From IMG/VR virus record IMGVR_UViG_3300033802_000277: 64,000 nucleotides of DNA. One strand, written 5' to 3'. The stretch's first letter is position 1, and every line of letters begins with the position of its first letter. Of the stretch, positions 31,010 through 39,909 are shown piece by piece. Below the pieces are notes generated by a model. That model had not been told where the DNA came from, made no database searches, and worked only from the letters and a program-made list of their open reading frames with translations. A program made the position numbers and the translations under genes. The stretch is from a virus.

Positions 31010-31040
31010 CTTTCTTATGGAAAATTTTATTTATAAGCGA

Positions 31041-31069
31041 ATTATATCACAAAAGCAAAATATTGTCAA
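31041..31069 (-). promoter_or_regulatory. Consensus SigA promoter for the leftward genes
   Basis: Minus strand TTGACA-17bp-TATAAT with a TG extension. Confidence 0.8.
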
Positions 31070-31095
31070 TTTTTTTAGTAATAAAAAACAAAATA

Positions 31096-31124
31096 TTGAA
31101 AATAAATTAGAAAAATGTTACAAT
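31096..31124 (+). promoter_or_regulatory. SigA promoter for the rightward recombinase/helicase operon
   Basis: TTGAAA-17bp-TACAAT with a TG extension. Confidence 0.65.
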
Positions 31125-31163
31125 ATCTCTATAATTCAATAGAACAAAAGGAGTTGTAAATCA

Positions 31164-32216
31164 ATGAATTTGGCGACTAACAATGTAGTCAAAATTCATG
31201 ACAACAGCGTATATGATTACATCAAAATTTTTCTGGACAACAAAAGCATTGATAGCAACCACACAGCCGAAGAATATGAGCGCGATATTAGGCTTTTCTT
31301 TAAAACGTTACGCAATAAAGATATTGAACACCTCACAACTTCCGATCTGAAAGTATCTAATGCAGAGATGTTAAAGTATCAAACTTATCTGTCCAAGCAC
31401 CATCAACATAAAGACGGAATTGGTTACAGCAATATAAGTGTAAATCGAAAAATTTATACAATTCAAAGCCTTTATGAATTTTTGAGAGCAAATGACTTTG
31501 ATGTGAATCCACACGCACTAAAAATTAAACGTCTCGTTGAGGACAGAAAAGGTATTGGTATTTTAACGAATGAAGAAATGAAAGAGATGATTCGCCTTGC
31601 CAGATATGAACTTCATGATGGGTTAGAGAAGTCGATTTATTTCAAATTAGCACAAAGAACCAGTTTACGCGTAAGTGAAATCTTGTCGATAAAATACAGT
31701 GATATTACACAAGATCCCAACAACAAAGACATGTATATTATTAAAATCAAACAAAAAGGAGGGGATTTCATCGAAAAGGAAATCCATAAATCAATTTATG
31801 AATTGCTTGAACAAATCAAAAAGCCAAATAGTGATTATGTTTTCAAAATTACTAAAAACCAAATCAACGAAACAATTAAACGTCTTTGTAAAAAAATGGG
31901 TATTCCCGAAACTAGAAAAATATCCTCTCACAGTTTTAAAAAGGGTTCTGTAGAATTTGCCAAGGAATTTTCAAATGATCTGCATACTGCTCAACATCAA
32001 GCTGGACATAAAAGTGCAACAACCACTGATAAATACTATCTTAAAAAACCGAGAAACATCCTTGGTAGTGTATTAGATTTTCAAGTCGATGAACATGTTT
32101 TCGAGAAGTTGTCACACGAAGAATGTCTAAAACTTTTAAAAACTATGTCTGGTGGGATCGGCCACAGACTAAAAATGGAGGCTCAGAAAATTGTTAACAA
32201 CAGACAAACCAATTGA
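31164..32216 (+). CDS. Tyrosine recombinase-like protein (SPbeta YopP/YopR-like, possibly regulatory)
   Basis: SLRVSE, KQKGG, SSHSFK (HxxR>HxxK), AGHKSATTTDKYY. Confidence 0.85.
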   Translation: MNLATNNVVKIHDNSVYDYIKIFLDNKSIDSNHTAEEYERDIRLFFKTLRNKDIEHLTTSDLKVSNAEMLKYQTYLSKHHQHKDGIGYSNISVNRKIYTIQSLYEFLRANDFDVNPHALKIKRLVEDRKGIGILTNEEMKEMIRLARYELHDGLEKSIYFKLAQRTSLRVSEILSIKYSDITQDPNNKDMYIIKIKQKGGDFIEKEIHKSIYELLEQIKKPNSDYVFKITKNQINETIKRLCKKMGIPETRKISSHSFKKGSVEFAKEFSNDLHTAQHQAGHKSATTTDKYYLKKPRNILGSVLDFQVDEHVFEKLSHEECLKLLKTMSGGIGHRLKMEAQKIVNNRQTN

Positions 32217-34428
32217 AGTTCAAACAAATAACGCATTTAGGATTGAAGTAATTCCAGAGAAAGAACTTTTTTATTCAGATGATTTTGGCGTATATGCTTG
32301 TAGAACTGAAGAAAATGTCCCCATTATCATGAATAAATGGGGAAATTTTGTTATTAACGGCGTAATGCAAAGGTTGAATATCAATCAAAAATACGACATG
32401 CTGCTTGAAGAGGTTACTCATAAAAAATACGGTAAGGGTTATGAGGTGAAGAAAATATTTTACCAAAACACCAACACCATTGAAGGTCAACATTCATTTT
32501 TAAGAGCAATACTAACCGATTATCAGGCAGAACTACTTATAGAAAATTTCCCCGATCAAGATATCATTGAAATGCTAAAGAATGATACATTGGATTATGA
32601 TAGCGTCAAGGGTATGGGTAAAGTCACTTATGAAAAAATCAAAGAAAAAGTTTTGGGAAATTTAGAATATATGGACGCTCTAAATGAACTTGAAGAATAT
32701 GGAATAGATTATAAAGCTTTAAAAAGAATACTAAAACAGATGAATTGTTCTCCGGGGTTATTGATTCAAAAAGTCAAAGAAAATATATATGTTTTATGTG
32801 AAGTAGATGGAATTGGTTTTATAACCGTTGACAAGTATGCCTTAAGATCAGGCATAGATCCAGAATCACCATACAGGATTGAAAGTGCCATTGAGTACGT
32901 TCTTAAAAAAGCGGAAGATGACGGACATTGTTGGTTAAGAAGAAGTGAATTGATTAGGGAAACTGCAAAAGAAACAAAACTAAAAGAAAGTGTTATTGAG
33001 AACCATGTTGATAAAATGAGCAGCAATAATAAATTTTTCATTGATAATGATCGAATTGGTTTATCGAGTAATCGTTTTTATGAAGAACAAATAGCAGATA
33101 AACTAATTAAACTCATTGAAAATAGCGGAAATTTTGTGGTTGAAAATTTGGAAAATAAAATTACAGAAATACAAGAAAAACTTGGATTTGAATTAACTGA
33201 TGAACAAAAGAATGCGATATACGAAGCAATAAAAAACAATGTATTAATCATTTCAGGTAAAGCTGGTACGGGCAAAACATCAACGTTACGTGGAGAAATA
33301 ATGGCTCTTGACCAATACAGTTATAACACATGTGCGCTATCAGGGAAGGCTGCACAAAGAATTGTTGAGGGTGCCGGGTTAATATCACAAACAATACATA
33401 GATTGTTGGCATACAACCCTGAATCTGGTTTTAAATATAACGAAAACAATAGACTTCAAGAAGACATTATTGTTCTAGACGAATGCTCAATGGTAAACAG
33501 TTATTTGTTTTATAAACTCATATCAGCAATCAAAGATAACGGAAAATTGATTATTTTGGGCGACATTGAGCAGTTACCACCAATTGGTGTAGGAAACATT
33601 CTAAGAGATATGATTGACAGTAAAGTAATACCTGTTATTGAACTAACAAAAGTACATAGACAAGCAATGAAATCAGGAATACTTCTTGCTGCAAACGCAG
33701 TAAGAGATGGAAAACAGATTAATAAAAAAGGCGATTACAAAAGAAAAATTGTTGGTGAACTAAAGGATCTAAGATTAGTTCCATTTCAAGAACGATCTGA
33801 AATCAAACAATACATAATTGATTATTGTGAAAATATTAAAAATAACATTGACATTATGGAGTTTCAAGTTATTGTTCCTATGAAAAACCGAGGGGATATT
33901 TGCACTAAAGAATTGAATAAAGAATTGCAAAAAGTATTCAATCCTAACGAAAACAGTCTTACGGTGTCCTCAATGGGTTACGAATACAGGGTTGGAGATA
34001 AGATCATAAAAAACGGAAATGATTATGATAATGGTGTTTTTAATGGGACATTAGGGATAATTGAAGAAATTGAATATATAGACAAAGAAAACAAAATAAC
34101 AGGTATACGATTTATTGGGAATGAAAATTTAGTTTGGTACACACAAAAAGAATTAAAACAAATTGATATGGCATACGCATTAACTTGCCACAGATTCCAA
34201 GGTAGTCAGTCGGAACATGTTCTTGTAGCGCTGGATTGGTCAGCATACAAGCTGCTAACAAAACAATGGGTGTACACCGCATTGACCAGAGCAAGCAAAT
34301 TTTGCACGTTTGTATTTGAAAACGACGCGCTGAGATATGCGATAAGTCAGGATGTGGCGATTGAAAGAAATACATACCTGAAAGAGTTGCTAATCGAAAA
34401 GGCTAAGAAAAACAATCGTCCAGAATAA
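32191..34428 (+). CDS. recD2: RecD2-like SF1 helicase
   Basis: HhH motifs (KGMGKVTYEKI, VDGIGFITVD), GKAGTGKT, DECSMV, HRQA, YALTCHRFQGSQ. Confidence 0.92.
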   Translation: MLTTDKPIEVQTNNAFRIEVIPEKELFYSDDFGVYACRTEENVPIIMNKWGNFVINGVMQRLNINQKYDMLLEEVTHKKYGKGYEVKKIFYQNTNTIEGQHSFLRAILTDYQAELLIENFPDQDIIEMLKNDTLDYDSVKGMGKVTYEKIKEKVLGNLEYMDALNELEEYGIDYKALKRILKQMNCSPGLLIQKVKENIYVLCEVDGIGFITVDKYALRSGIDPESPYRIESAIEYVLKKAEDDGHCWLRRSELIRETAKETKLKESVIENHVDKMSSNNKFFIDNDRIGLSSNRFYEEQIADKLIKLIENSGNFVVENLENKITEIQEKLGFELTDEQKNAIYEAIKNNVLIISGKAGTGKTSTLRGEIMALDQYSYNTCALSGKAAQRIVEGAGLISQTIHRLLAYNPESGFKYNENNRLQEDIIVLDECSMVNSYLFYKLISAIKDNGKLIILGDIEQLPPIGVGNILRDMIDSKVIPVIELTKVHRQAMKSGILLAANAVRDGKQINKKGDYKRKIVGELKDLRLVPFQERSEIKQYIIDYCENIKNNIDIMEFQVIVPMKNRGDICTKELNKELQKVFNPNENSLTVSSMGYEYRVGDKIIKNGNDYDNGVFNGTLGIIEEIEYIDKENKITGIRFIGNENLVWYTQKELKQIDMAYALTCHRFQGSQSEHVLVALDWSAYKLLTKQWVYTALTRASKFCTFVFENDALRYAISQDVAIERNTYLKELLIEKAKKNNRPE

Positions 34429-34437
34429 TGGGTTGGT

Positions 34438-34775
34438 CAAAAAGTGACAAAAAAAATGTAAAAAATTTACCACGGTCGAAAATCAATTAAAAAGGTGCAA
34501 AAAAATGTCCCAAAAAAACCAACCCCTAGTAAAAAAGTGACAAAAAAAGTGTTAAAAAGTGTCCAACCCCTAGTAAAAAAGTGACAAAAAAAGTGTCCCA
34601 AAGTGTCTAGTAATATATAAAAGTATAAACCATATAAAAGTATAAACCATTAAAAAGTATAAACCCTAATACCCCCCTACCGGGGGGTTAGGGGGTTCCG
34701 ACCAGAGAAATAACAAAAAATGGAAAAATTAAAAAATAAAAAATTAAAAATTAAAATTTAAATAAATTTATTTGA
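34438..34775. repeat. Iteron-like repeat cluster, putative phage replication origin
   Basis: 34-bp direct repeat at 34519-34552 and 34563-34596; AAAAGTATAAACC three times at a 17-bp period (34619, 34636, 34653); ACCCCCC-TACC-GGGGGGT palindrome at 34671-34688; AT-rich tract ~34700-34775. Confidence 0.65.
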
Positions 34776-34790
34776 AAGGAGAGATGGAGA

Positions 34791-35747
34791 ATGAACAACT
34801 ATCTTGTTTTGTATAACAAATTTTTTGATTTGAAATCAAAATACAAAGTTAATCAAGAAGAATTGTTTTTGTATGCTTACTTGTACAGGAACAGAGTAAA
34901 TTACAAAGATGAATGGAAAACAAAAACAAATATTTATTTGATTGATGGAACAATTCAATGTAAATTTGGGGGTAAAAAAAGAGAAAGAAAAGATTTAATA
35001 AAAAGTCTTTTGATTAGTTTGGAAAAGAAAAAAATAATTTCTTGTAATGTTGGAGATGAAACAAAGAATGGCGAGACAATAGAGATAACGTTTAATGTCT
35101 GTGATAAAGAAGGATACAATAAAAGAATAACTTATGAGCAATTTGACTTGTTTGATGATGTTGATAAATTTTACGTTTATTGTTATGTTGATTGTTTTGG
35201 AGAACAAGGAAGAAGTATTTCTGTTGCAGAATGGGCAAAATTATTGGATTGTTCAACTACATTAGCTAAAAAAATAATCAATGAAATGTGTGAAGAAAAA
35301 AATGAATTAATAAAACTATACAAAATACCGGGAGAATACATAGACGAACATGATGGTACAAGACAAGAAAAAAATAGATATTACACAAGGCCAGATTATA
35401 AAACCTTGCAGGTGTACAAAGATTTACAAAGAAAAAACAATGGGATCTTTAACACGGTAATTGGTGATCTTACTGTTGAAGAAATTGAGGATATTGCAAA
35501 GGGATCTGCTTGGGGGAAAATTGATGATTGTGAAACAAAGATTGCTGGTGTAAAAGTGTATGAACGAATTAGACAGTATGATTATGATGTGTATAGGGTT
35601 TGCAAAGATTTTAACATACTGCCGAAGTTTGTGAAAAAATGCGAAAGAATTATTCAAGCGAAAAAAGAAAGTGGAAATTATGACGGATGTTTTGATGTGT
35701 TTGAGAAAAAGTATTTAAGTGAAAAAGGAATGAGAGAAGCGGTTTGA
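34791..35747 (+). CDS. Putative replication initiator (tandem winged-helix)
   Basis: ELFLYAYLY...KDLIKSLLISLEKKKII and FYVYCYV...SISVAEWAKLLDCSTTLAKKIINEM; directly downstream of the iterons. Confidence 0.5.
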   Translation: MNNYLVLYNKFFDLKSKYKVNQEELFLYAYLYRNRVNYKDEWKTKTNIYLIDGTIQCKFGGKKRERKDLIKSLLISLEKKKIISCNVGDETKNGETIEITFNVCDKEGYNKRITYEQFDLFDDVDKFYVYCYVDCFGEQGRSISVAEWAKLLDCSTTLAKKIINEMCEEKNELIKLYKIPGEYIDEHDGTRQEKNRYYTRPDYKTLQVYKDLQRKNNGIFNTVIGDLTVEEIEDIAKGSAWGKIDDCETKIAGVKVYERIRQYDYDVYRVCKDFNILPKFVKKCERIIQAKKESGNYDGCFDVFEKKYLSEKGMREAV

Positions 35748-35799
35748 GTGTAAAAGTAGTGGGTAAGATCATAAAAAATAAAAAAACGGAGATGATAAA

Positions 35800-36150
35800 A
35801 TGGATTTTAGAGAACAATGGGAGAAAGTGGATATGGACTTTATGAAGCAACTTATTAAGATTCATAACGAAATTGTAGTGGGGGAAAGAGAAGAAAACGA
35901 TTTTGATGAGTTTGTGTTGGAGAATAAAGAGAAATTCAATAATCCTGATTATCTTCAGGTTTTTGCAAAAAGAATAGAATTAACAGATGAATATTTTGCA
36001 AAGCACTTTGAGATGTGTGAGTTTGTTTGGAAATTTATGAGAAAGAACCCTGATTGGAAAAAGTTAGATTTTAATTTGTCAGATTATCTTATTTTAGGGT
36101 TGTTTGAAGATACATTTGGGACATATTATATTTTTCATGTGAAAATTTGA
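35800..36150 (+). CDS. Hypothetical protein
   Basis: 116 aa with RBS GGAGATGA. Confidence 0.65.
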   Translation: MDFREQWEKVDMDFMKQLIKIHNEIVVGEREENDFDEFVLENKEKFNNPDYLQVFAKRIELTDEYFAKHFEMCEFVWKFMRKNPDWKKLDFNLSDYLILGLFEDTFGTYYIFHVKI

Positions 36151-36165
36151 TGGATAGCTAGATTG

Positions 36166-36193
36166 ATTCTCCGCCTGACGGCGGAGAATTTTA
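36166..36193 (+). terminator. Intrinsic terminator ending the replication operon
   Basis: ATTCTCCGCC-TGAC-GGCGGAGAAT-TTT. Confidence 0.7.
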
Positions 36194-37389
36194 CTTTGAC
36201 AGGTGGAGTGTAGATGTTAGGACGAATTTTGAGGTTAAATTTTCTGATAAAAATAATAAAAATTTGGAGGTGTAATTGATGGGGAATAGGAATATACCGG
36301 GGTGATGGGTTAGTGTAAAAAATTAATTATTTTTGTGTAGAAAAAATATAAAGATATGGTTGGGTGGGATTTTGTGTGAACAAGGCGAGTATAGGCAAGG
36401 TTACGGATACGTATTTTAAGACGCAAAATATAAATAAAAATAGTGGAAATTTGAATGGGAAATAACTTGGTAATGGTTTTATACCAGACTTGGGTTAATA
36501 CGTTTCAGAATGTCAATATGGGCGTCTGGTGAGGTGATGGATAGGGGAGTTAGAAATAAACAAGATGAAAGATGAGTGAAGTGTGAATCGTGAAAGTTTA
36601 ATTAGAAGTTGGGATTTAAGGAAAAATTAAGTAAAAGTGCAGGGAGAGAAAAACGGAGGAAAGTTGTTGGTAGATATGAGGATTGGGGAATGATTGACGA
36701 TCAATGGGTATTATAAGTTTCGTTGTTGAGATTGGGTGAACGAGTGAAAATTTATGGAGATCAAGAGGTTTTGAAAGATTTGAGAAGAAGTTTGATGGAT
36801 TGGATCGATAATGATATCGTAAAAGTTGCTGATTGGTATTGGGTTTGGGTGGGAAATTTGATGGAAAATTGAGATTTTATGAAAAAATGGGAAAATTGGC
36901 GGTGGTAAAAATCGGTTGAAAATAAGCAAGTTTAGCGAAACGCGCACGATGCGCGATGCGATGTGCGAGAAGGCGGGAGGAGGGTGAATCGGTGTAAATC
37001 CGAGTATACCTGTCGGAATAGAAGTGCTGTGGCCGTTTTAGAAAAAAATGGAAGAAATAGAAATGTAAACTATCCCCCCTCTTTTCAAAATGGGATGGCA
37101 AACATTGTAAAAATCAAGTCATATCATACGTTATGAACGGATATTGGGAAAAGATGGGAATTTAGAAAATGAGGAAAAGTTGATCTGTTAGATTGGGATA
37201 GTAACTAATTAAAATAAAGCGACTAAATAAAAATACACAAATCGAAAAATACAATGCGCTATTTTGATTAACCATAAAACCTACTAAAAACATCGGAATA
37301 GTAACAAAAACGCGCTGGCGCAACACTTATTAAAACTCATTGTAATAATTTTTCTTTAAAATTTTAAAAACAAAATATTAAAAAAACCA

Positions 37390-37418
37390 TTGACAAATAT
37401 ACAGTTTTAACTTATTAT
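37390..37418 (+). promoter_or_regulatory. SigA promoter opening the early accessory region
   Basis: TTGACA-17bp-TATTAT with an A-rich UP region. Confidence 0.75.
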
Positions 37419-37424
37419 TATATT

Positions 37425-37780
37425 AGAAATTAATACTAAGCACCTAGACCAAACACCAGTCCGTAACGCGCAGCTTGATAGCGGGCTAACTGTTGCGGCG
37501 GTCGATCCTTGACAAATAAATATCAGTCATTAGCGGTTACCCTAGCCCGCAGTATCAAAAGGGTACGCGACACAGCGCGGCAGCACGTGGCAGGAATTGG
37601 GAAGCCTGTCACGGCGACTATATGAGCAACGGCGAACGTCAAAAAAGGCGCTACGTGGCTATCTCACGTTGAAACGCTACGCCGCACGATGTATCATATA
37701 GGCACGGTAGGAGTCCGGCACAACACCCAAGACAGCAACAAGGCGATATCACGATCATCATGATTTACATCGCCTTTTGT
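37425..37780 (+). ncRNA. Unidentified structured leader RNA
   Basis: GC-rich, ORF-free island right after the promoter, with several complementary segments (see findings). Confidence 0.55.
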
Positions 37781-37860
37781 CTGTCTTTTGTGTTCCATTT
37801 GGAAATTTTAACCAAGGGAACAGAAAAGACAGACAAAAGCCTGTCTAAAAACCAAAATAT

Positions 37861-37876
37861 TGTTCCACGTGGAACA
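37861..37876. promoter_or_regulatory. parS: parS (Spo0J/ParB binding) site
   Basis: TGTTCCACGTGGAACA, a perfect palindrome close to the TGTTNCACGTGAAACA consensus. Confidence 0.85.
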
Positions 37877-37897
37877 ATTTAAAAGGAGTGTTTGTCA

Positions 37898-38119
37898 ATG
37901 CTTATGAATATCATTGCCGAAAAAGCCGCTAAACTGGCCTGCCAATTTGATCAAGATACTGGCTTTGAAATTTATAAAAATGAGTATCTTGATCAGTTGA
38001 CTGAAAAGTCACACCAATATTGGTTGCGCCAATGGATCGGAAATTTGGTCGAGGAGGGGAACAAAGAAGCAATCGAAATAATGAAGCTTATTATTCGTTT
38101 CAATTTGTCTCCCGCCTGA
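37898..38119 (+). CDS. Early hypothetical protein
   Basis: 73 aa; RBS AAAGGAG favours ATG 37898. Confidence 0.65.
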   Translation: MLMNIIAEKAAKLACQFDQDTGFEIYKNEYLDQLTEKSHQYWLRQWIGNLVEEGNKEAIEIMKLIIRFNLSPA

Positions 38120-38169
38120 TGATGGCTCGGTGGCTCCGGGCCGAATCCGGCAGCTTGCCGGTAGCGGGA
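38110..38169 (+). ncRNA. Type I hammerhead-like ribozyme with non-canonical core
   Basis: UCCCGC-CUGAUGA-U-GGCUCGG(UGGCU)CCGGGCC-GAA-U-CCGGC(AGCUU)GCCGG-UA-GCGGGA. Confidence 0.55.
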
Positions 38170-38194
38170 AGCCGCATAAAAGCAACGAGTTTAA

Positions 38195-38255
38195 TTTATT
38201 GCTTTTTAGCTCACATAACAGTTCCGTTGTGTGAGCAATAAAGGCAATAAATGCC
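38195..38255 (+). repeat. Intergenic hairpin family (CAUAAC/GUUGUG inner stem, UAAAGG outer stem), copy A
   Basis: Related copies at 38510-38570, 39098-39169 and 39821-39882; partial copies at 38742-38787, 42387-42420 and 46097-46135. Confidence 0.7.
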
Positions 38256-38280
38256 TAAATTTAATTAAGGAGGATTTTTT

Positions 38281-38505
38281 ATGTACGGAATTAAAGTAAA
38301 AACCTATTTTTATCAAGGCACTATCGGAGTGCCTCAAAAACCATTTATTGTAAAAAAGTTTCCCACTCGCGAAGAAGCTGTTCGCTGGCTGGAGGAATCC
38401 AGTCTCGAACAAACGGACAAAAACGAATGGAAGCCAGCAGGAACGTATTATCTTAGGCATGGCGAATATGCCAGACCAACATACTCTATTGTTGGTTGCC
38501 GATGA
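38281..38505 (+). CDS. Early hypothetical protein
   Basis: 74 aa with RBS AAGGAGG. Confidence 0.7.
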   Translation: MYGIKVKTYFYQGTIGVPQKPFIVKKFPTREEAVRWLEESSLEQTDKNEWKPAGTYYLRHGEYARPTYSIVGCR

Positions 38506-38591
38506 TTTATTTATTGCTTTTAAGACCGCATAACACTATGTTGTGCGGTCCATAAAGGCAATAAATTGCCATAAAAACAATATATTAATAA

Positions 38592-38607
38592 TGTTTCACG
38601 TAAAACA
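38592..38607. promoter_or_regulatory. parS: Second parS-like site
   Basis: TGTTTCACGTAAAACA, one mismatch to consensus. Confidence 0.65.
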
Positions 38608-38629
38608 TTTCTAGAAAGGAGTGAAAAAA

Positions 38630-38719
38630 ATGCGCTCTAAAATAGTCATTCTTACCTCTCGTATGGAGAGGTTGAAAAAGCTGAAAGATTCCTATCTTTA
38701 CGGTTATCTCATGTGGTAA
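38630..38719 (+). CDS. 29-aa peptide
   Basis: MRSKIVILTSRMERLKKLKDSYLYGYLMW with RBS GAAAGGAG; below the ORF-track cutoff. Confidence 0.45.
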   Translation: MRSKIVILTSRMERLKKLKDSYLYGYLMW

Positions 38720-38819
38720 CTGTGGTAGCGTAAAGCTACCACTTAAAAACAAGCCCATAACAGATAGGTTATAGGTTTGTTTTTAAGTTTTAATTACATA
38801 ACAGGAGGAATTAAAATTT

Positions 38820-39098
38820 ATGCGCATGTCGAACCGTGAAATCATCGCTAATGAGTTGCTTTTTCGTGGAATCAATTTTCCCTATGATGGGAACAATCTT
38901 CTCACTTATCAAGAGTGGAAAAAGCGCGGTTTTTACGTCCGAAAAGGCGAAAAAGCATTTTTGCAAGTTCCCTTGTGGACTCCGTGCCAAAAGGTTATCG
39001 AAAAAGATGGAAAGGAGGAAATACAAACATATTTTATCATGAAAAAAGCCAGCTTGTTCACTCATGAACAAGTAGAAAGAATAGCACAAACAGCATAA
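38820..39098 (+). CDS. ArdC N-terminal-like ssDNA-binding protein
   Basis: LLTYQEWKKRGFYVRKGEKA...LW...LFTHEQVE resembles the ArdC/DUF1738 motif pattern. Confidence 0.6.
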   Translation: MRMSNREIIANELLFRGINFPYDGNNLLTYQEWKKRGFYVRKGEKAFLQVPLWTPCQKVIEKDGKEEIQTYFIMKKASLFTHEQVERIAQTA

Positions 39099-39199
39099 AT
39101 TATAACCTTTTCGACTCCATAACAGCTTTATATAGTTGTTGTGGAGCCTATAAAGGTTATAATTTAACCTTTGATTTCTTTCACTATGGAGGGGAAAAT

Positions 39200-39529
39200 A
39201 TGCAAAAGAAGCTTATTATCAATATCCGTCCAATCATTTCCAGTTTACTTAAAGATTGGGACGGAGAAGGAAAGCAAAGTCAGTATATTAAACATAACAA
39301 AAAAATCATATTTGAATATATCGAAAATCTTATCAATGATATTTCGCTTCCGTATGATTTACAGTATAAAAATAAATACAAACTAGATATCGAAAATAGA
39401 GAAGTAATAGTCATATTCACATGGACAGAAGAAGAAAATATTTATGATTGGAGCGAAAGAATGAAGCGTAATTTGCAAGTTATTTCTGATTATATTTGGC
39501 AAAAAGGTTTAACTTGTATAATCGCTTAA
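39200..39529 (+). CDS. Early hypothetical protein
   Basis: 109 aa with RBS GGAGGGG; has a disrupted paralog at 44163. Confidence 0.7.
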   Translation: MQKKLIINIRPIISSLLKDWDGEGKQSQYIKHNKKIIFEYIENLINDISLPYDLQYKNKYKLDIENREVIVIFTWTEEENIYDWSERMKRNLQVISDYIWQKGLTCIIA

Positions 39530-39530
39530 T

Positions 39531-39601
39531 GTCGTCCCGGCGACTATAAACAGCGCATTAAGCCGGGAGCGTTAACCGCCATTTATGGCGGTTAGGTTGC
39601 G
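39531..39601 (+). ncRNA. Pistol ribozyme 1
   Basis: P1 GUCG-UCCCGG-CGAC, UAUAAACAG, P2 CGCA/UGCG, UUAAG-CCGGGA-GCG (pseudoknot to the P1 loop), P3 UUAACCGCC/GGCGGUUAG, scissile G39596-U39597. Confidence 0.9.
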
Positions 39602-39629
39602 ATATATTTATAACAGGGAGGCATTCGTA

Positions 39630-39812
39630 ATGCAAATTAAAATAACTGATTATTCCGATTCTCATTATTTAGTTATCGTTACCACTCGTAAAGGATATTC
39701 CTATGCTACAACATGGGCAAAAATGAATAACCCATTAGCAGAACAAGAAGTAAAACAAGCTTGGAAAGAGAATAGAAAAAACTTTGATCCTTGGTATGGT
39801 ATACTGCAATAA
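39630..39812 (+). CDS. Early hypothetical protein
   Basis: 60 aa from ATG 39630 (RBS GGGAGG), just 3' of pistol 1. Confidence 0.65.
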   Translation: MQIKITDYSDSHYLVIVTTRKGYSYATTWAKMNNPLAEQEVKQAWKENRKNFDPWYGILQ

Positions 39813-39909
39813 AAGTATAATTTTATAACCTTTACAGACTCCATAAATAAATGTTTGTGGAGTCGATAAAGGTTATAAAACCTAATTATATAACAGGAGG
39901 TTATTTAAA

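Noticed and set aside
34428-34690. Remnant replication-protein ORF in the iteron region (ATG overlapping the recD2 stop; NTPLPGG-like text)
   Set aside because: All frames close within about 30 codons; better read as a non-coding origin.
36711-37101. Minus-strand ORFs of 74-78 aa in the skewed region
   Set aside because: Phe/Ile/Pro/His-rich products of the G-skew, with no RBS; likely spurious.
37661-37676. parS-like ATCTCACGTTGAAACG in the leader
   Set aside because: It needs an insertion to fit, and it is better explained as an RNA stem arm.
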